Positions 9,840 through 20,100 of a DNA stretch of 64,000 bases are shown piece after piece. Every line of letters begins with the position of its first letter. Within the stretch, counting starts at the first letter, position 1. The stretch lies in the NCBI GenBank assembly GCA_964593235.1, contig CAZQGS010000033.1:99071-163070 (forward strand), read 5' to 3'. The position numbers were made by a program, and so were the translations under genes. The stretch comes from an uncultured Gemmatimonadota bacterium. Lineage in GTDB: Bacteria; JAAXHH01. The notes beneath the pieces were generated by a model. That model saw nothing but the letters and a program-made list of their open reading frames with translations. It was not told the DNA's origin and ran no database searches.

Positions 9840-12176
9840 ATGAAATGGTATTTCTTAGCACTGTATACTCTGAGTAATATATTTTTTACTAGTGTGCTCA
9901 TGGCTCAGAAGGGCCATGAGTCAATCAATCGAAGTAAATTTCGACAGATTAAGCAAGAGGCCCCGACGCCGAATGTTTATCGAACAGCATCCGGTGCTCC
10001 GGGACATCTTTACTGGCAGAATGAAGCAGACTACGAGATGGAAATTATTTTAAATGATGATACCCAACAGATTTTTGGGACTATGCTTGTGACATATCAT
10101 AATAACTCCCCAGATAAATTGGAATATCTGTGGGTTCAACTTGACCAAAATGTACGAGCTAAAGACTCAGATACAGAAAAAATTGCTGGGAGCAAGGTTT
10201 CAACCCAAATGAGTTTTGGTCAATTACGTCAACTATTGAACGATTTTGATGGTGGCTTCAAAATTGACTGGGTTCGGGATAATCGAGATAACCCTTTGCC
10301 GTTTACTATTAACAAAACTATGATGAGGATTGATTTAGTTGAATCACTCCGTTCAGGAAAGTCTTATACATTTAAAATTAAATGGTGGTATAACATTAAT
10401 GATCGAATAGGGCTCGGTGGGCGCTCGGGTTACGAATATTTTAAGGAAGATAAAAACTATATTTATGCTATCGCACAGTTTTTTCCAAGAATGGCCGTCT
10501 ATAACGAAGTAGAGGGTTGGCAAAACAAGCAATTTTTGGGAACCGGGGAATTTACTTTGGCATTTGGAGACTACAAGGTCAGTATAACCGTACCAGCTGA
10601 TCATATAGTAGCGGCAACGGGCACTCTTCAAAATCCTAAAGATGTCCTGTCAAACAAACAACGAATGCGCCTAATCAGATCACAAGATTCTGAATCTCCT
10701 ATTATGATAGTGACGGAAAAAGAAGCAGTCAAAGCTGAAAAAGGCAAAGCCTTAAACCAAAAGACTTGGGTTTTTCATGGGGAAAATGTTCGAGATTTTG
10801 CCTTTGCTAGTTCTCGTAAGTTTCTATGGGACGCAATGGGGGTCCAATCTGGATCCCAAAACGTGATGGCTATGTCGTACTACCCTAAAGAAGGGAACCC
10901 TCTATGGGAGCGATATTCAACAAAAGTAGTAGCTCATACACTCAATATTTATTCAAAATATACTTTTGATTATCCTTATCCGACCGCGATATCAGTACAT
11001 ACAGATCGTATTGGGATGGAATATCCGATGATCAGTTTCAACGGTGGTCGTCCGGAAAAAGATGGTACATATAGTGAACGGACTAAATATGGAATGATTA
11101 GTGTCATTATCCATGAAATTGGGCACAACTATTTCCCCATGATAGTAAATTCTGATGAACGACAGTGGGCGTGGATGGATGAGGGTCTAAACACATTCTT
11201 ACAGTATTTGACTGAACAGGAATGGGATACTGAATACCCATCTCGACGAGGGCCTGCCCATAAGATTGTGAATTATATGAAAGGCAATCAAAATCAGATT
11301 TCCCCTATCATGACTAATTCAGAATCTATATTTCAACTAGGGCCCAATGCCTACTCCAAAACAGCTACAGGATTGAATATTCTGCGAGAAACAATTATGG
11401 GCCGAGAACTTTTTGATCATGCTTTTCGCAATTATTCTAAACGTTGGATGTTCAAACATCCATCTCCGGAAGATTTCTTCCGAAGCCTAGAAGATGCCTC
11501 AGCGGTAGATCTAGATTGGTTTTGGCGTGGGTGGTTTTATGGTACTGATCATGTCGATATTGCTCTTGATGAAGTAAAATGGTTTCAGATCAATACTAAG
11601 AATCCTGACGTCCAGAAGAAAATCGATAGGAAACAACAGGAAGAAGAAAATAGAGGAATCGGACACACAAGAAATCAAATTGATATCCCAGACTCAAAGG
11701 TTAGACAAGATTCTACTCTGGTAGATTTCTACAATAAGTATGATCCATTTCAAGTCTCAATATTAGATAGGGAAGAATATAACCAATACTTATCAAATCT
11801 TAATGCTAAAGACCTTGCTTTGCTAGAGAGTGGAAAACATTTTTATGAAATAGCTTTTAAAAATATCGGGGGAATGGTTATGCCCTTGATTGTGGAGTTT
11901 GATTTTGCCAATGGAACTAAAGAAGTCCAGAAGATTCCAGCTGAAATTTGGCGTCTTAGAGACGATCGAGTAACTAAGGTTTTTATTTTGGATTACTCAG
12001 TAAAGCGGATAACTTTGGACCCTTACCTAGAGACAGCAGATACAGATCTAAGTAACAACTTTTGGCCGCCAAAATCGAATCCTACACGGTTTCAACTTTT
12101 CAAAAGACGTTTGCAGTCACAAGAAAATCCTATGCAGCGTCAATTAAGAGCAGAAAAGAAAACCAGAACATGGTAG
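9840..12176 (+). CDS. M1-family zinc metallopeptidase (gluzincin aminopeptidase-like), secreted
   Basis: Exact HEIGH-X18-E gluzincin signature (HEIGHNYFPMIVNSDERQWAWMDEG). Signal peptide after the start at 9840, which has a GGAGGAAG RBS. Confidence 0.85.
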   Translation: MKWYFLALYTLSNIFFTSVLMAQKGHESINRSKFRQIKQEAPTPNVYRTASGAPGHLYWQNEADYEMEIILNDDTQQIFGTMLVTYHNNSPDKLEYLWVQLDQNVRAKDSDTEKIAGSKVSTQMSFGQLRQLLNDFDGGFKIDWVRDNRDNPLPFTINKTMMRIDLVESLRSGKSYTFKIKWWYNINDRIGLGGRSGYEYFKEDKNYIYAIAQFFPRMAVYNEVEGWQNKQFLGTGEFTLAFGDYKVSITVPADHIVAATGTLQNPKDVLSNKQRMRLIRSQDSESPIMIVTEKEAVKAEKGKALNQKTWVFHGENVRDFAFASSRKFLWDAMGVQSGSQNVMAMSYYPKEGNPLWERYSTKVVAHTLNIYSKYTFDYPYPTAISVHTDRIGMEYPMISFNGGRPEKDGTYSERTKYGMISVIIHEIGHNYFPMIVNSDERQWAWMDEGLNTFLQYLTEQEWDTEYPSRRGPAHKIVNYMKGNQNQISPIMTNSESIFQLGPNAYSKTATGLNILRETIMGRELFDHAFRNYSKRWMFKHPSPEDFFRSLEDASAVDLDWFWRGWFYGTDHVDIALDEVKWFQINTKNPDVQKKIDRKQQEEENRGIGHTRNQIDIPDSKVRQDSTLVDFYNKYDPFQVSILDREEYNQYLSNLNAKDLALLESGKHFYEIAFKNIGGMVMPLIVEFDFANGTKEVQKIPAEIWRLRDDRVTKVFILDYSVKRITLDPYLETADTDLSNNFWPPKSNPTRFQLFKRRLQSQENPMQRQLRAEKKTRTW

Positions 12177-12178
12177 TG

Positions 12179-12778
12179 TTATAGTTTTTTCCAGCACAGA
12201 CCTTCAGATTGCCGATAGTAGACCGATATTGCTTTTCCGTATACCAGTTCTTCTGAAATGAGCCCAAAGGTACGACTGTCCTTACTATTCCCTCGGGCAT
12301 CTCCTATCGCTAAAAGAAAGCCCGATGGGATTTTTTCAGGCCCAAAATCTTGGCCTCCACTGTAGGTTTGATTTAACCGAACCCGGCGGTCACCGTATAA
12401 TTCTTCACGGGTATCCGTAACCGAACCCATTGGTATTCCATCAATATACACTCGGCCGCTTCGGATTGAAACGGTGTCACCTCCAACCGCTACAATTCGT
12501 TTCACAAGGCGGATGTCTTCAACGGGTGAATCAAATACGACAACTTCCCCCCTCAAAACTTGGTCCCCTGAGGTTAGTTTCCAGTTAGTAAATGGAAATC
12601 GGAAACCATAGGTGTATTTTGCCACAAAGATTCTATCCCCTGGCATCAAAGTATATTCCATAGATCCGGAAGGAACCGTATAATGGTCTGCGAGTGTGGA
12701 TCGAGCAGCCAATAGAATGAGAGCTATAATACCAAAAGAAACAATTTCTCGCCCGATAGTTTTAATTTTGGGGTGCAT
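12179..12778 (-). CDS. lepB: signal peptidase I
   Basis: S26 motifs are present: SGSM with the catalytic Ser, and VKRIVAVGGDTV containing the Lys box. Confidence 0.8.
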   Translation of the reverse strand: MHPKIKTIGREIVSFGIIALILLAARSTLADHYTVPSGSMEYTLMPGDRIFVAKYTYGFRFPFTNWKLTSGDQVLRGEVVVFDSPVEDIRLVKRIVAVGGDTVSIRSGRVYIDGIPMGSVTDTREELYGDRRVRLNQTYSGGQDFGPEKIPSGFLLAIGDARGNSKDSRTFGLISEELVYGKAISVYYRQSEGLCWKKL

Positions 12779-12866
12779 GTAGTCCTTTGTTTAATGAGGA
12801 TATAAAATCCTGAAAATATTTGAGTAGAAACTGTTTATTTCATCAGCGATGATTGGCTAGCTCTTC

Positions 12867-13574
12867 TCAATCTCTTGAAGACAGAAAGAATTGGAGGATA
12901 TACCAGAAAAGTAATGCTACAGAAGCAAAAAGTTGTAGTGCTGCCCCTACATGTCGGTCTTCAGGATAACGATGCAGAATATTCGAAGTGTCATAAAGGA
13001 TTGCACCACCGGCTAGGGCAATCATAACAACTGTAAAAAATGTCCCGAGTTGGAAACCGAAAAGAAGACTTGCCACAATTAATACGATTGCACAAATGAA
13101 GCCCCAACGAAGTATTCCCCCTAGAAACGAAAAATCTTTGCGAGTTCGGAATGCTACAATGGTCAAACCCAGAAAGCCCAGAAGGGTGACGGTAGCAGCA
13201 CTTTCGATTACACCCGGTGCCACAGATTCTGCGAGGTAAAGCAGGGGCGTAAAAATAATTGCTTCCCCTATCACAAAAAGTCCTAATGCTCCATACTGTG
13301 TTCCTGTCGATTTTGAGTTGTGGGCGAAATGAGTTGCTATCCAACTCAGTATCATAAAGCCCCCTAAAACGATTAACCAACTTCCGCCAAGGAGAACGTT
13401 TGCAATAGTCGCAGCGATTCCAGTTTCAAAAAGATAAATCTCAATAAGAGCAAAAGCTAGAATTGCTCCCAAAAGATGGGTATAGGTACGAGTTATAAAT
13501 GCTCCTCGGGTACTGATGTCCAAACTTGCAACCGGTACTTCTCCATGGACAGAAAGGGTAGTAGTTTTATTCAT
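12867..13574 (-). CDS. Bax-inhibitor-1/YccA family membrane protein
   Basis: Seven hydrophobic helices. The YTHLLGAILAFAL...AIIFTPLLYLAE pattern is typical of the UPF0005/BI-1 family. Confidence 0.7.
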   Translation of the reverse strand: MNKTTTLSVHGEVPVASLDISTRGAFITRTYTHLLGAILAFALIEIYLFETGIAATIANVLLGGSWLIVLGGFMILSWIATHFAHNSKSTGTQYGALGLFVIGEAIIFTPLLYLAESVAPGVIESAATVTLLGFLGLTIVAFRTRKDFSFLGGILRWGFICAIVLIVASLLFGFQLGTFFTVVMIALAGGAILYDTSNILHRYPEDRHVGAALQLFASVALLFWYILQFFLSSRD

Positions 13575-13636
13575 GTGATTGCCTCCTTCTATCTACTGGT
13601 TAGCTTTAATGAGCAAGAAATCGAACGATAGATGGC

Positions 13637-14029
13637 TTAATCATCTCCCAGAATGTCTTCAAGGTCTTTTAATAGATCGTTACCATCAGAACGCAGCAAG
13701 GCGAGTAGTGCATTATGGGGAACAATAATATACGTTTTATTTTGGTAGTTAATTTCAATAGATTCTTTACGTAAATAAAAGGCAAAATCTCCTGGCTCTG
13801 CTTGTAGCGGAAGGTAACGAACAGATGCCACAGGCTGCCCTACTGGGTCGCCTTCTGTGTAGTCAGGGTTAGGCATCAGGTGACCGGGCCCCACTCGGAC
13901 TACCCGACCGGTACCTACCTTCTCCTTTTCTGTTACTGTTGCTGGTAGGTAAAGACCAGAATGGGTTAGTTGTTCTCCATCCTGTTGTTCAACAAGTACA
14001 CGGTCTCCTACAATAATCAAGTCGCTCAT
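13637..14029 (-). CDS. divergent GroES (Cpn10)-fold protein, stand-alone
   Basis: IIVGDRVLVE...GRVVRVGPG...YIIVPHNALLALL aligns to the GroES beta-barrel core with an insertion in the roof hairpin and a C-terminal acidic tail. No groEL is adjacent. Confidence 0.45.
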   Translation of the reverse strand: MSDLIIVGDRVLVEQQDGEQLTHSGLYLPATVTEKEKVGTGRVVRVGPGHLMPNPDYTEGDPVGQPVASVRYLPLQAEPGDFAFYLRKESIEINYQNKTYIIVPHNALLALLRSDGNDLLKDLEDILGDD

Positions 14030-14190
14030 ACGAATCTCTTCTTTCTACGTTTCCGAGAAATAATACTTACCGGATTTTTTTAAATGTCTTAACAATATCA
14101 TAATATACAATATTAGCAAACCTTGAAGCAAATAATTATTCCTAAGTATTTATTGATTTAAAACCCAATTGGAGGTAAAACAATTAAAGA

Positions 14191-15402
14191 CTATACGATT
14201 GCCCTGTTTTCCTTTAATTTTTCTATTTTCTGGTCTGAATAATTCAACATTTCAGTCAATAGGAAATAGCTATCTATATTAAAATTTGGAGGTGGTTTTA
14301 GGTTTTTAACTTTTTGAACGGTATTATTTTCAAAGGCAATACTCCGCAATCCAGTTATAGTCGATCCATTAGATTGGGTACCATCTAGACGCATTTGTTT
14401 AGTGGAGTCATTCTCTAGGATTTCGTCTAAGTTTTTTACTGCTCCAGCTGGTACTTTTTGATGACGTAGTTTTTCAAGAAGAGCTTCTCTTTCCCACTTG
14501 CAAATTTGGGTTACCAAAAATTTGTTAAGTATATTACGATTAGTAACCCTTTGCTGATTGGTCTCAAACCTCGGATCAGATGATAAGTTAGGAATGCCGA
14601 GGATCTCGCAGAGGCTTTCAAATTGACCGTTGGTCCCTACAGCTAAGACAATTAAGTCATTATTATAAGTCTTATATGTAGTCCCATAAGGCGCGATATT
14701 AGGATGATCAGATCCTAATAGAGTTGGGGTTGACTTTCCCACCAAGTAATTTGCACCCTGGTTAACAAGAGAGGCGATTCCAGAATCGAACAGAGAGACT
14801 GTGTTATAAGAGCCATGGCCGGATTGTAAGCGTTCTATAAGGGCGATTAACAAAGCTTCTTTAAGTTGGTGAGCTAGAAGTACATCAATTAAGGCCACGG
14901 GCATTTTTACCGGACCACTAAATCCCGTACCATTCATTCCCATAAATCCAGTTTCGGCCTGCAATATTGCATCATAGCCTAGCCGGTCATCTTTTTCCCC
15001 AAAGGCAGTAATAGAAGCGTAGATTAGTCGGTCGTTAACTTTTTGTAAGGTAGGATAGTCAAGGTTAAATTTCTTTGCATCTCCTAATTTAAAGCTCTGG
15101 AGAAAAATATCTGCATTCCGTAGAAGATCTATTAGAACTGAGTATCCTTCAGAAATTGAATAATCAATTCCAATAGATTTTTTCCCCCAGTTAACCGAAG
15201 AAAAGTAAGCAGAAATATCACTATCTGTGGTTTCCGATGGAAGTTTCCAGGATCGGGTAATGTCACCACCAGTGTTGATATTTTCCACCTTAATAACCGT
15301 AGCCCCTAATTCGGCAAAAAACATTCCTACCGAAGGGCCAGCTAGGACATTTGCAGTTTCAATGACGGTCAAGTTTTTAAAAATGGAATTGGTGAACTGC
15401 AT
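14191..15402 (-). CDS. CoA-transferase family III (CaiB/BaiF-like)
   Basis: The N-terminus LTVIETANVLAGPSVGMFFAELGATVIKVE is diagnostic of family III CoA transferases. Confidence 0.8.
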   Translation of the reverse strand: MQFTNSIFKNLTVIETANVLAGPSVGMFFAELGATVIKVENINTGGDITRSWKLPSETTDSDISAYFSSVNWGKKSIGIDYSISEGYSVLIDLLRNADIFLQSFKLGDAKKFNLDYPTLQKVNDRLIYASITAFGEKDDRLGYDAILQAETGFMGMNGTGFSGPVKMPVALIDVLLAHQLKEALLIALIERLQSGHGSYNTVSLFDSGIASLVNQGANYLVGKSTPTLLGSDHPNIAPYGTTYKTYNNDLIVLAVGTNGQFESLCEILGIPNLSSDPRFETNQQRVTNRNILNKFLVTQICKWEREALLEKLRHQKVPAGAVKNLDEILENDSTKQMRLDGTQSNGSTITGLRSIAFENNTVQKVKNLKPPPNFNIDSYFLLTEMLNYSDQKIEKLKENRAIV

Positions 15403-15534
15403 AAATCTAGACGCCTAGGGGCTGGTATAAATTTATTTTCATCTTAGGATTAAATAGCTATATTAACGAACCCACAAGATCGGGGCAAATTTGCTGCATA
15501 GCTAATTAGTCTAAGTTTGGTCATAGACCTCAAT

Positions 15535-15918
15535 CTAGTGTGTGAAGTCGAGCCACATATCAGATTCTTCTGGCACCCAATAGTTTTCGGTGACAGTGTT
15601 TAAGTCGAAAAATTGGTAGGGATCCACTTTTTTATATTCAGCATAGGGACCTTCCCAATTTTGTCGTCTTTTTTTATAAGTCAGGAAGTCTTTGTGAGAA
15701 GTATATTCAAACATCATAACGTATCGGCAGGTGGCTTCACCACTCCCACGTTCTACTTCCCTATAATATCGGGCTGAAAGCCATTCTGGAAAGAGTTCTT
15801 CTTTATTATTTTTTACAAATAAGAACCATTTTTTTATCATTTGATCGTGGTCAACTTTGTGGCCAGGCTTGGGAACCCAAGTCTCAACTTCGAAAAAAGA
15901 CATTATTTTCCATTTCAA
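15535..15918 (-). CDS. hypothetical protein (possibly dimeric alpha+beta barrel)
   Basis: ORF only. No motif recognised. Confidence 0.3.
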   Translation of the reverse strand: MKWKIMSFFEVETWVPKPGHKVDHDQMIKKWFLFVKNNKEELFPEWLSARYYREVERGSGEATCRYVMMFEYTSHKDFLTYKKRRQNWEGPYAEYKKVDPYQFFDLNTVTENYWVPEESDMWLDFTH

Positions 15919-15954
15919 CTAATAATAGTGATTTTTGTTTCCTGATAAAGGGAA

Positions 15955-16027
<73 letters not shown>

Positions 16028-16169
16028 ATAGTAATTGAAACTACTAGTATTCCCCACAAGATACATTAGTAAAGGTGAAATTGCAAATACAAAACCTAGC
16101 AAAGTATGCCAGAAAATATTGAGTAATATTTCTTGCCGAAGATAGATAAAAGCTCTATGATGATCTATC

Positions 16170-17111
16170 ATGAATTCATTTCAAAAAACAGTTTTTGCAA
16201 CTTTAATTGCGACATTTCTACTTATCTCATTAGGTAGTCTGGTACGAACGACGGGAGCTGGGCTTGGGTGTCCTGATTGGCCCAAATGTTGGGGGACTTG
16301 GCTGCCACCTACAACAGTTCAAGATTTGGATCCAACTTATCTAAGCAAAAATGGTTATGACTCAGCATCTTTTAATTCTACTAAAATGTGGATTGAGTAC
16401 GCCAATCGTCTTGTTGGAGTAGCAATAGGAATCCTTGTATTTGCGACCTTCTTGCGCGCGTTTCGATATAAGAAAACATCACCTCAAATCTTTTATGGTG
16501 CAGGTTTAGCTTTTATATTAGTTGTTTTTCAGGGCTGGCTTGGTGGTCAAGTAGTTGAGTCAGGTTTGCGACCCGGAATAATTACTCTCCATATGTTGCT
16601 AGCCGTAATACTTCTTTGGGCTCTCCTTTATATAGCTTTTAAATCATTGGATGAACGATTTAAGTTTGAATTAAAAAGGAAGAACAGTAAAACACTATTA
16701 AGATTAGCTACCGTCCTTATGGCAGTAACGATGGTCCAATTACTTTTGGGTAGCCAGGTTCGGGAGGGGATTGATCCATTTATTGCGGATGATGGAGGGT
16801 TACCTCGAGGTGAATGGTTGTCTCAGGTAGGGCTCTTTGATCATTTACATAGATTTTTTTCATGGTTTGTTTTGTTTGTTGGAAGTGCAATGTATTGGGC
16901 CGCAGCTAGATTTGCTCCCGATACACCAATAGTTTTGATCGTCCGTTATATTTTTTTCTGTATACTTTTCCAGATTTTACTTGGTATTATCCTTGCCTAT
17001 GGAGATCTTCCCAAGATTGCACAGGTACTCCATCTGACTTTGGCAATTTTGTTAATCTGTTTCGAATTTGTTCTACTTATTATAATAAAAATGAGACCTT
17101 CAAAAAGATAA
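16170..17111 (+). CDS. ctaA: heme A synthase (COX15/CtaA family)
   Basis: GAGLGCPDWPKCWG N-terminal Cys motif and about 8 TM helices. Confidence 0.8.
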   Translation: MNSFQKTVFATLIATFLLISLGSLVRTTGAGLGCPDWPKCWGTWLPPTTVQDLDPTYLSKNGYDSASFNSTKMWIEYANRLVGVAIGILVFATFLRAFRYKKTSPQIFYGAGLAFILVVFQGWLGGQVVESGLRPGIITLHMLLAVILLWALLYIAFKSLDERFKFELKRKNSKTLLRLATVLMAVTMVQLLLGSQVREGIDPFIADDGGLPRGEWLSQVGLFDHLHRFFSWFVLFVGSAMYWAAARFAPDTPIVLIVRYIFFCILFQILLGIILAYGDLPKIAQVLHLTLAILLICFEFVLLIIIKMRPSKR

Positions 17112-17181
17112 CTTTTAGCTTTTCTAGTTATGTTTTGTTAAAACTATCTAGATTGCCAATCCCAGTATTAATTTTATAAAG

Positions 17182-17556
17182 GTGGTATTTATGAAAAAAC
17201 TGGTAGAACAGATAAAACATATTGAAAAACAATATGTAGCTGGTACTCTAAGTTTTGAAGATATTGAACATGCAAGACAGATTGCGCAGGATGCCTCAAA
17301 TGAGGTAAGACAAAGTCTTCTCTACCTTCATGCAACATCAACTAATCCATATTCATCGGTAGTTGGTATAAGTATTTATGAAGATGGAGTTGACTCCGAT
17401 GGCCTTGACGAGAGGGGTTCCTTTCGATATTCTTCAATAAAAGATGCATTGGATGATGGTTGGAGAATTATCAAATTCCCTGAAACATCTTTAGCCGTTT
17501 ATGAACAAGATAATTACGGACTCGGATATGAATTCGTACTTGAGAGATGGAGGTGA
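17182..17556 (+). CDS. hypothetical small acidic protein
   Basis: ORF with stop overlapping the RBS of the downstream PhyH gene. No family recognised. Confidence 0.3.
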   Translation: MVFMKKLVEQIKHIEKQYVAGTLSFEDIEHARQIAQDASNEVRQSLLYLHATSTNPYSSVVGISIYEDGVDSDGLDERGSFRYSSIKDALDDGWRIIKFPETSLAVYEQDNYGLGYEFVLERWR

Positions 17557-17558
17557 TT

Positions 17559-18443
17559 ATGACAAAACCACCGTACGGGAGTAGAATGGACTGTGCCCCG
17601 ACGATGACAGATCTTGAGATTATCAATTTTTGTCGGACTGGTTATCTTATGTTACCCGGGGTTGTGCCAGAGGTAGTTAATAAACAAGTTATTGAGTATC
17701 TCGAACACGTAGATAGTAGTCACGAACCTACTCCTATAGTTGGAGAATCGTTCTTTTTAGATGAAGTCTTAATGAATCAGGAGGCGGCCGGAGCTGTTCG
17801 ATCACTTTTAGGACGCAATTTCACACTGCCACTTATTATCAGCAACCATCGAGGTCCTCTCCCTTATGAAAAGCCACAGGACTGGCATAGAGATGGAGGC
17901 ACAATATATACCTCAGCATTAGAATACCTGCAGGTTTTTTACTATCCAGAAGAGTGCACCGAAGAGATGGGGCCTACAGTACTTCTCCCAGGTTCACATT
18001 TCATGCGAAATAAGGCACCGATGATGGCACATCTTGGTTCAATAAAAGGAACAGTCTCAACTGCAGCTCCTGCGGGGACCATTATTCTTACAGTTTATGG
18101 GATCTGGCATCGACGTTCTAGAGCCCCATCAGGCCCCCAAGGTAAAAGCCTCTATCGAAATCTCCTAAAGTATAACTATTGGCGAACCTCACCACCCCAA
18201 CGGGACTGGTTAAAAGATGATGATATAGATTTTAATACTATCAACTTCAATCCCCCAGCAGGTGTTTTTGAGCAGTTTCAGGGTGCAATAGCTGCAGCTC
18301 GTATGTTTACCTGGTTATGTGGAATTGAGAGCCAATACAAAAAGCGAGGGGGACAGAACTGGCCTGTTGCCCCTTCGGTTAGGGATGGAATGAATCAGGA
18401 GGGGTTGCCCAAAGCTCTAGCAAATCACAAACAGCAGGATTAA
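17559..18443 (+). CDS. phytanoyl-CoA dioxygenase (PhyH) family Fe(II)/2OG oxygenase
   Basis: WHRDGG (HxD) ... PGSH ... WHRR motifs. GGAGGTG RBS 5 nt before ATG 17559; the ORF-track start 17547 is probably upstream of the true start. Confidence 0.75.
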   Translation: MTKPPYGSRMDCAPTMTDLEIINFCRTGYLMLPGVVPEVVNKQVIEYLEHVDSSHEPTPIVGESFFLDEVLMNQEAAGAVRSLLGRNFTLPLIISNHRGPLPYEKPQDWHRDGGTIYTSALEYLQVFYYPEECTEEMGPTVLLPGSHFMRNKAPMMAHLGSIKGTVSTAAPAGTIILTVYGIWHRRSRAPSGPQGKSLYRNLLKYNYWRTSPPQRDWLKDDDIDFNTINFNPPAGVFEQFQGAIAAARMFTWLCGIESQYKKRGGQNWPVAPSVRDGMNQEGLPKALANHKQQD

Positions 18444-18476
18444 AAAAACAGGACCATTAATTTATAAGGAGTCGAT

Positions 18477-19181
18477 ATGAAAAAAACACCTCGTATACTG
18501 ATAACTGGATCAGCTGGAGTTCTTGGAACTACTATCGTGAAGGGGCTTAAAGACCGGTACCCTTTACGTGCTTTTGACAGGGTTTCTACTCCAGGAGTAA
18601 ATGATGAAATAGTTGGTGACATAACTGACATGGATGCTTTGCTGCAGGCTACTGAAGGTGTTGACGCGGTGATTCACCTAGCTGGAAATCCTTCTGGAGA
18701 CGCATCTTGGGAGGAGATTCTCCACGCTAATTTCATAGGCACCTATACATTGTTCGAAGCGGCTCACCGAAATGGTGTTCGCCGGATTGCTTTTGCAAGT
18801 CGAGCAGGACTACTAGCTCCGTACTCACAGGATATTTTTCGGACTGTGGATATGATACCACGCCCGGAAAGTTATTATTCAATTAGTAAGGTTTTTGGAG
18901 AAAATATTGGCTATATGTATGCCACAAGATTCGATATGGAAGTCGTGGCTGTAAGAATAGGAAATTTCGTACAGCACCGGGACTTGCCGGGACATCCCCA
19001 TCATCTCAGCCATGGTGATGCAGTACTAGTTTTTGAAAGAGCAGTTATTCAACCAGGAATTCGTTTTGAAGTAGTGTTCGGTGTGTCAGATAGTACATGG
19101 AATCTTTATGATCTAGATCATGGCCGAAAAGCAATCGGCTATCATCCGCAGGATAGATCCACCATAGAACCAGAAGTATAA
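18477..19181 (+). CDS. NAD-dependent epimerase/dehydratase (extended-SDR) family protein
   Basis: ILITGSAGVLG Rossmann start. 234 aa. Confidence 0.6.
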   Translation: MKKTPRILITGSAGVLGTTIVKGLKDRYPLRAFDRVSTPGVNDEIVGDITDMDALLQATEGVDAVIHLAGNPSGDASWEEILHANFIGTYTLFEAAHRNGVRRIAFASRAGLLAPYSQDIFRTVDMIPRPESYYSISKVFGENIGYMYATRFDMEVVAVRIGNFVQHRDLPGHPHHLSHGDAVLVFERAVIQPGIRFEVVFGVSDSTWNLYDLDHGRKAIGYHPQDRSTIEPEV

Positions 19182-19195
19182 TTTTTTAATGGTTC

Positions 19196-19978
19196 TCAGA
19201 GAGCTGTCCAGCCTCCATCGACCATTAGTGTAGTCCCTGTAATATATTTTGAAGCTTCAGAAGCTAGAAAAACTACAGCTCCTTTTAGATCATCGTTATC
19301 TAACATGCGTCCAAGGGGTACTCGGTTTTCATACCGTTCAATGAAAGGGGTGGGTTGCTCATCAAAATATCCTCCCGGGCAGATACAGTTAGCTCGTATT
19401 CCTTGCTTGCCATAATATGTAGCTAGATATCTAGTGAAATTTATCATACCTCCCTTTACAAAAGTATAGTCAGGTGGTTGTTTCATTTCGGTTCCTGCAT
19501 ATAGTCCAGGATCATTTGCAACAACCCCATATATACTTGAGATATTGATTATACTACCTTTTCCAAGGGTGACCATCCCCGGAATAAAAGCTTTACAAAG
19601 AGCAAAAAGTCCCACCATGTTCCCCTGGGCACTATGCGCCCAAGATTCCGGAGTTTGTTCGTCAAATCCGCCAGTTCGCCCGACAACGGCACTATTTACT
19701 AAGATATCGATCTGGCCAAAACGTTTAATCACTCTCTTTTTCAAGGCATTGACAGATTGAGGTTCTATAATATCTACTTCTTCAGGGTGGGCTTTGAAAC
19801 CAAAACTATTAAGTTTGGTGACAAAGCGCTTATTATTCTCAATATTTCTAGAGGCAACAATAACAGTAGCACCAGCTTCGGCAAGGGCTTCCGAAATACT
19901 ACTGCCAAATAATGGACCAGCTCCACCAGTAATTAAGGCGATCTGGTTTTCTAGCGAAAAGCGGTCGAGTATACCCAT
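19196..19978 (-). CDS. SDR family oxidoreductase
   Basis: ALITGGAGPLFG glycine-rich motif, an NSAV motif, and a Y..K catalytic pair region. Confidence 0.8.
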   Translation of the reverse strand: MGILDRFSLENQIALITGGAGPLFGSSISEALAEAGATVIVASRNIENNKRFVTKLNSFGFKAHPEEVDIIEPQSVNALKKRVIKRFGQIDILVNSAVVGRTGGFDEQTPESWAHSAQGNMVGLFALCKAFIPGMVTLGKGSIINISSIYGVVANDPGLYAGTEMKQPPDYTFVKGGMINFTRYLATYYGKQGIRANCICPGGYFDEQPTPFIERYENRVPLGRMLDNDDLKGAVVFLASEASKYITGTTLMVDGGWTAL

Positions 19979-20073
19979 AGGATAGCCTCCTGTGGAAATT
20001 CAGTTGCAATACCATGATAGATTTAGCTATCGTTAAGTAAGTAATAGCTAATTTTTAAAGTAAAGAGGCATGT

Positions 20074-20100
20074 AAACAGTTATAATTCTGTAACAGATTT
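20074..20100. promoter_or_regulatory. second copy of the GTAAAC(R)GTTATAAT motif, about 115 bp upstream of the NHL gene at 20205
   Basis: GTAAACAGTTATAAT here versus GTAAACGGTTATAAT at 24234..24248, 14/15 identical. Followed by TCTGTAACAG. Confidence 0.3.
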
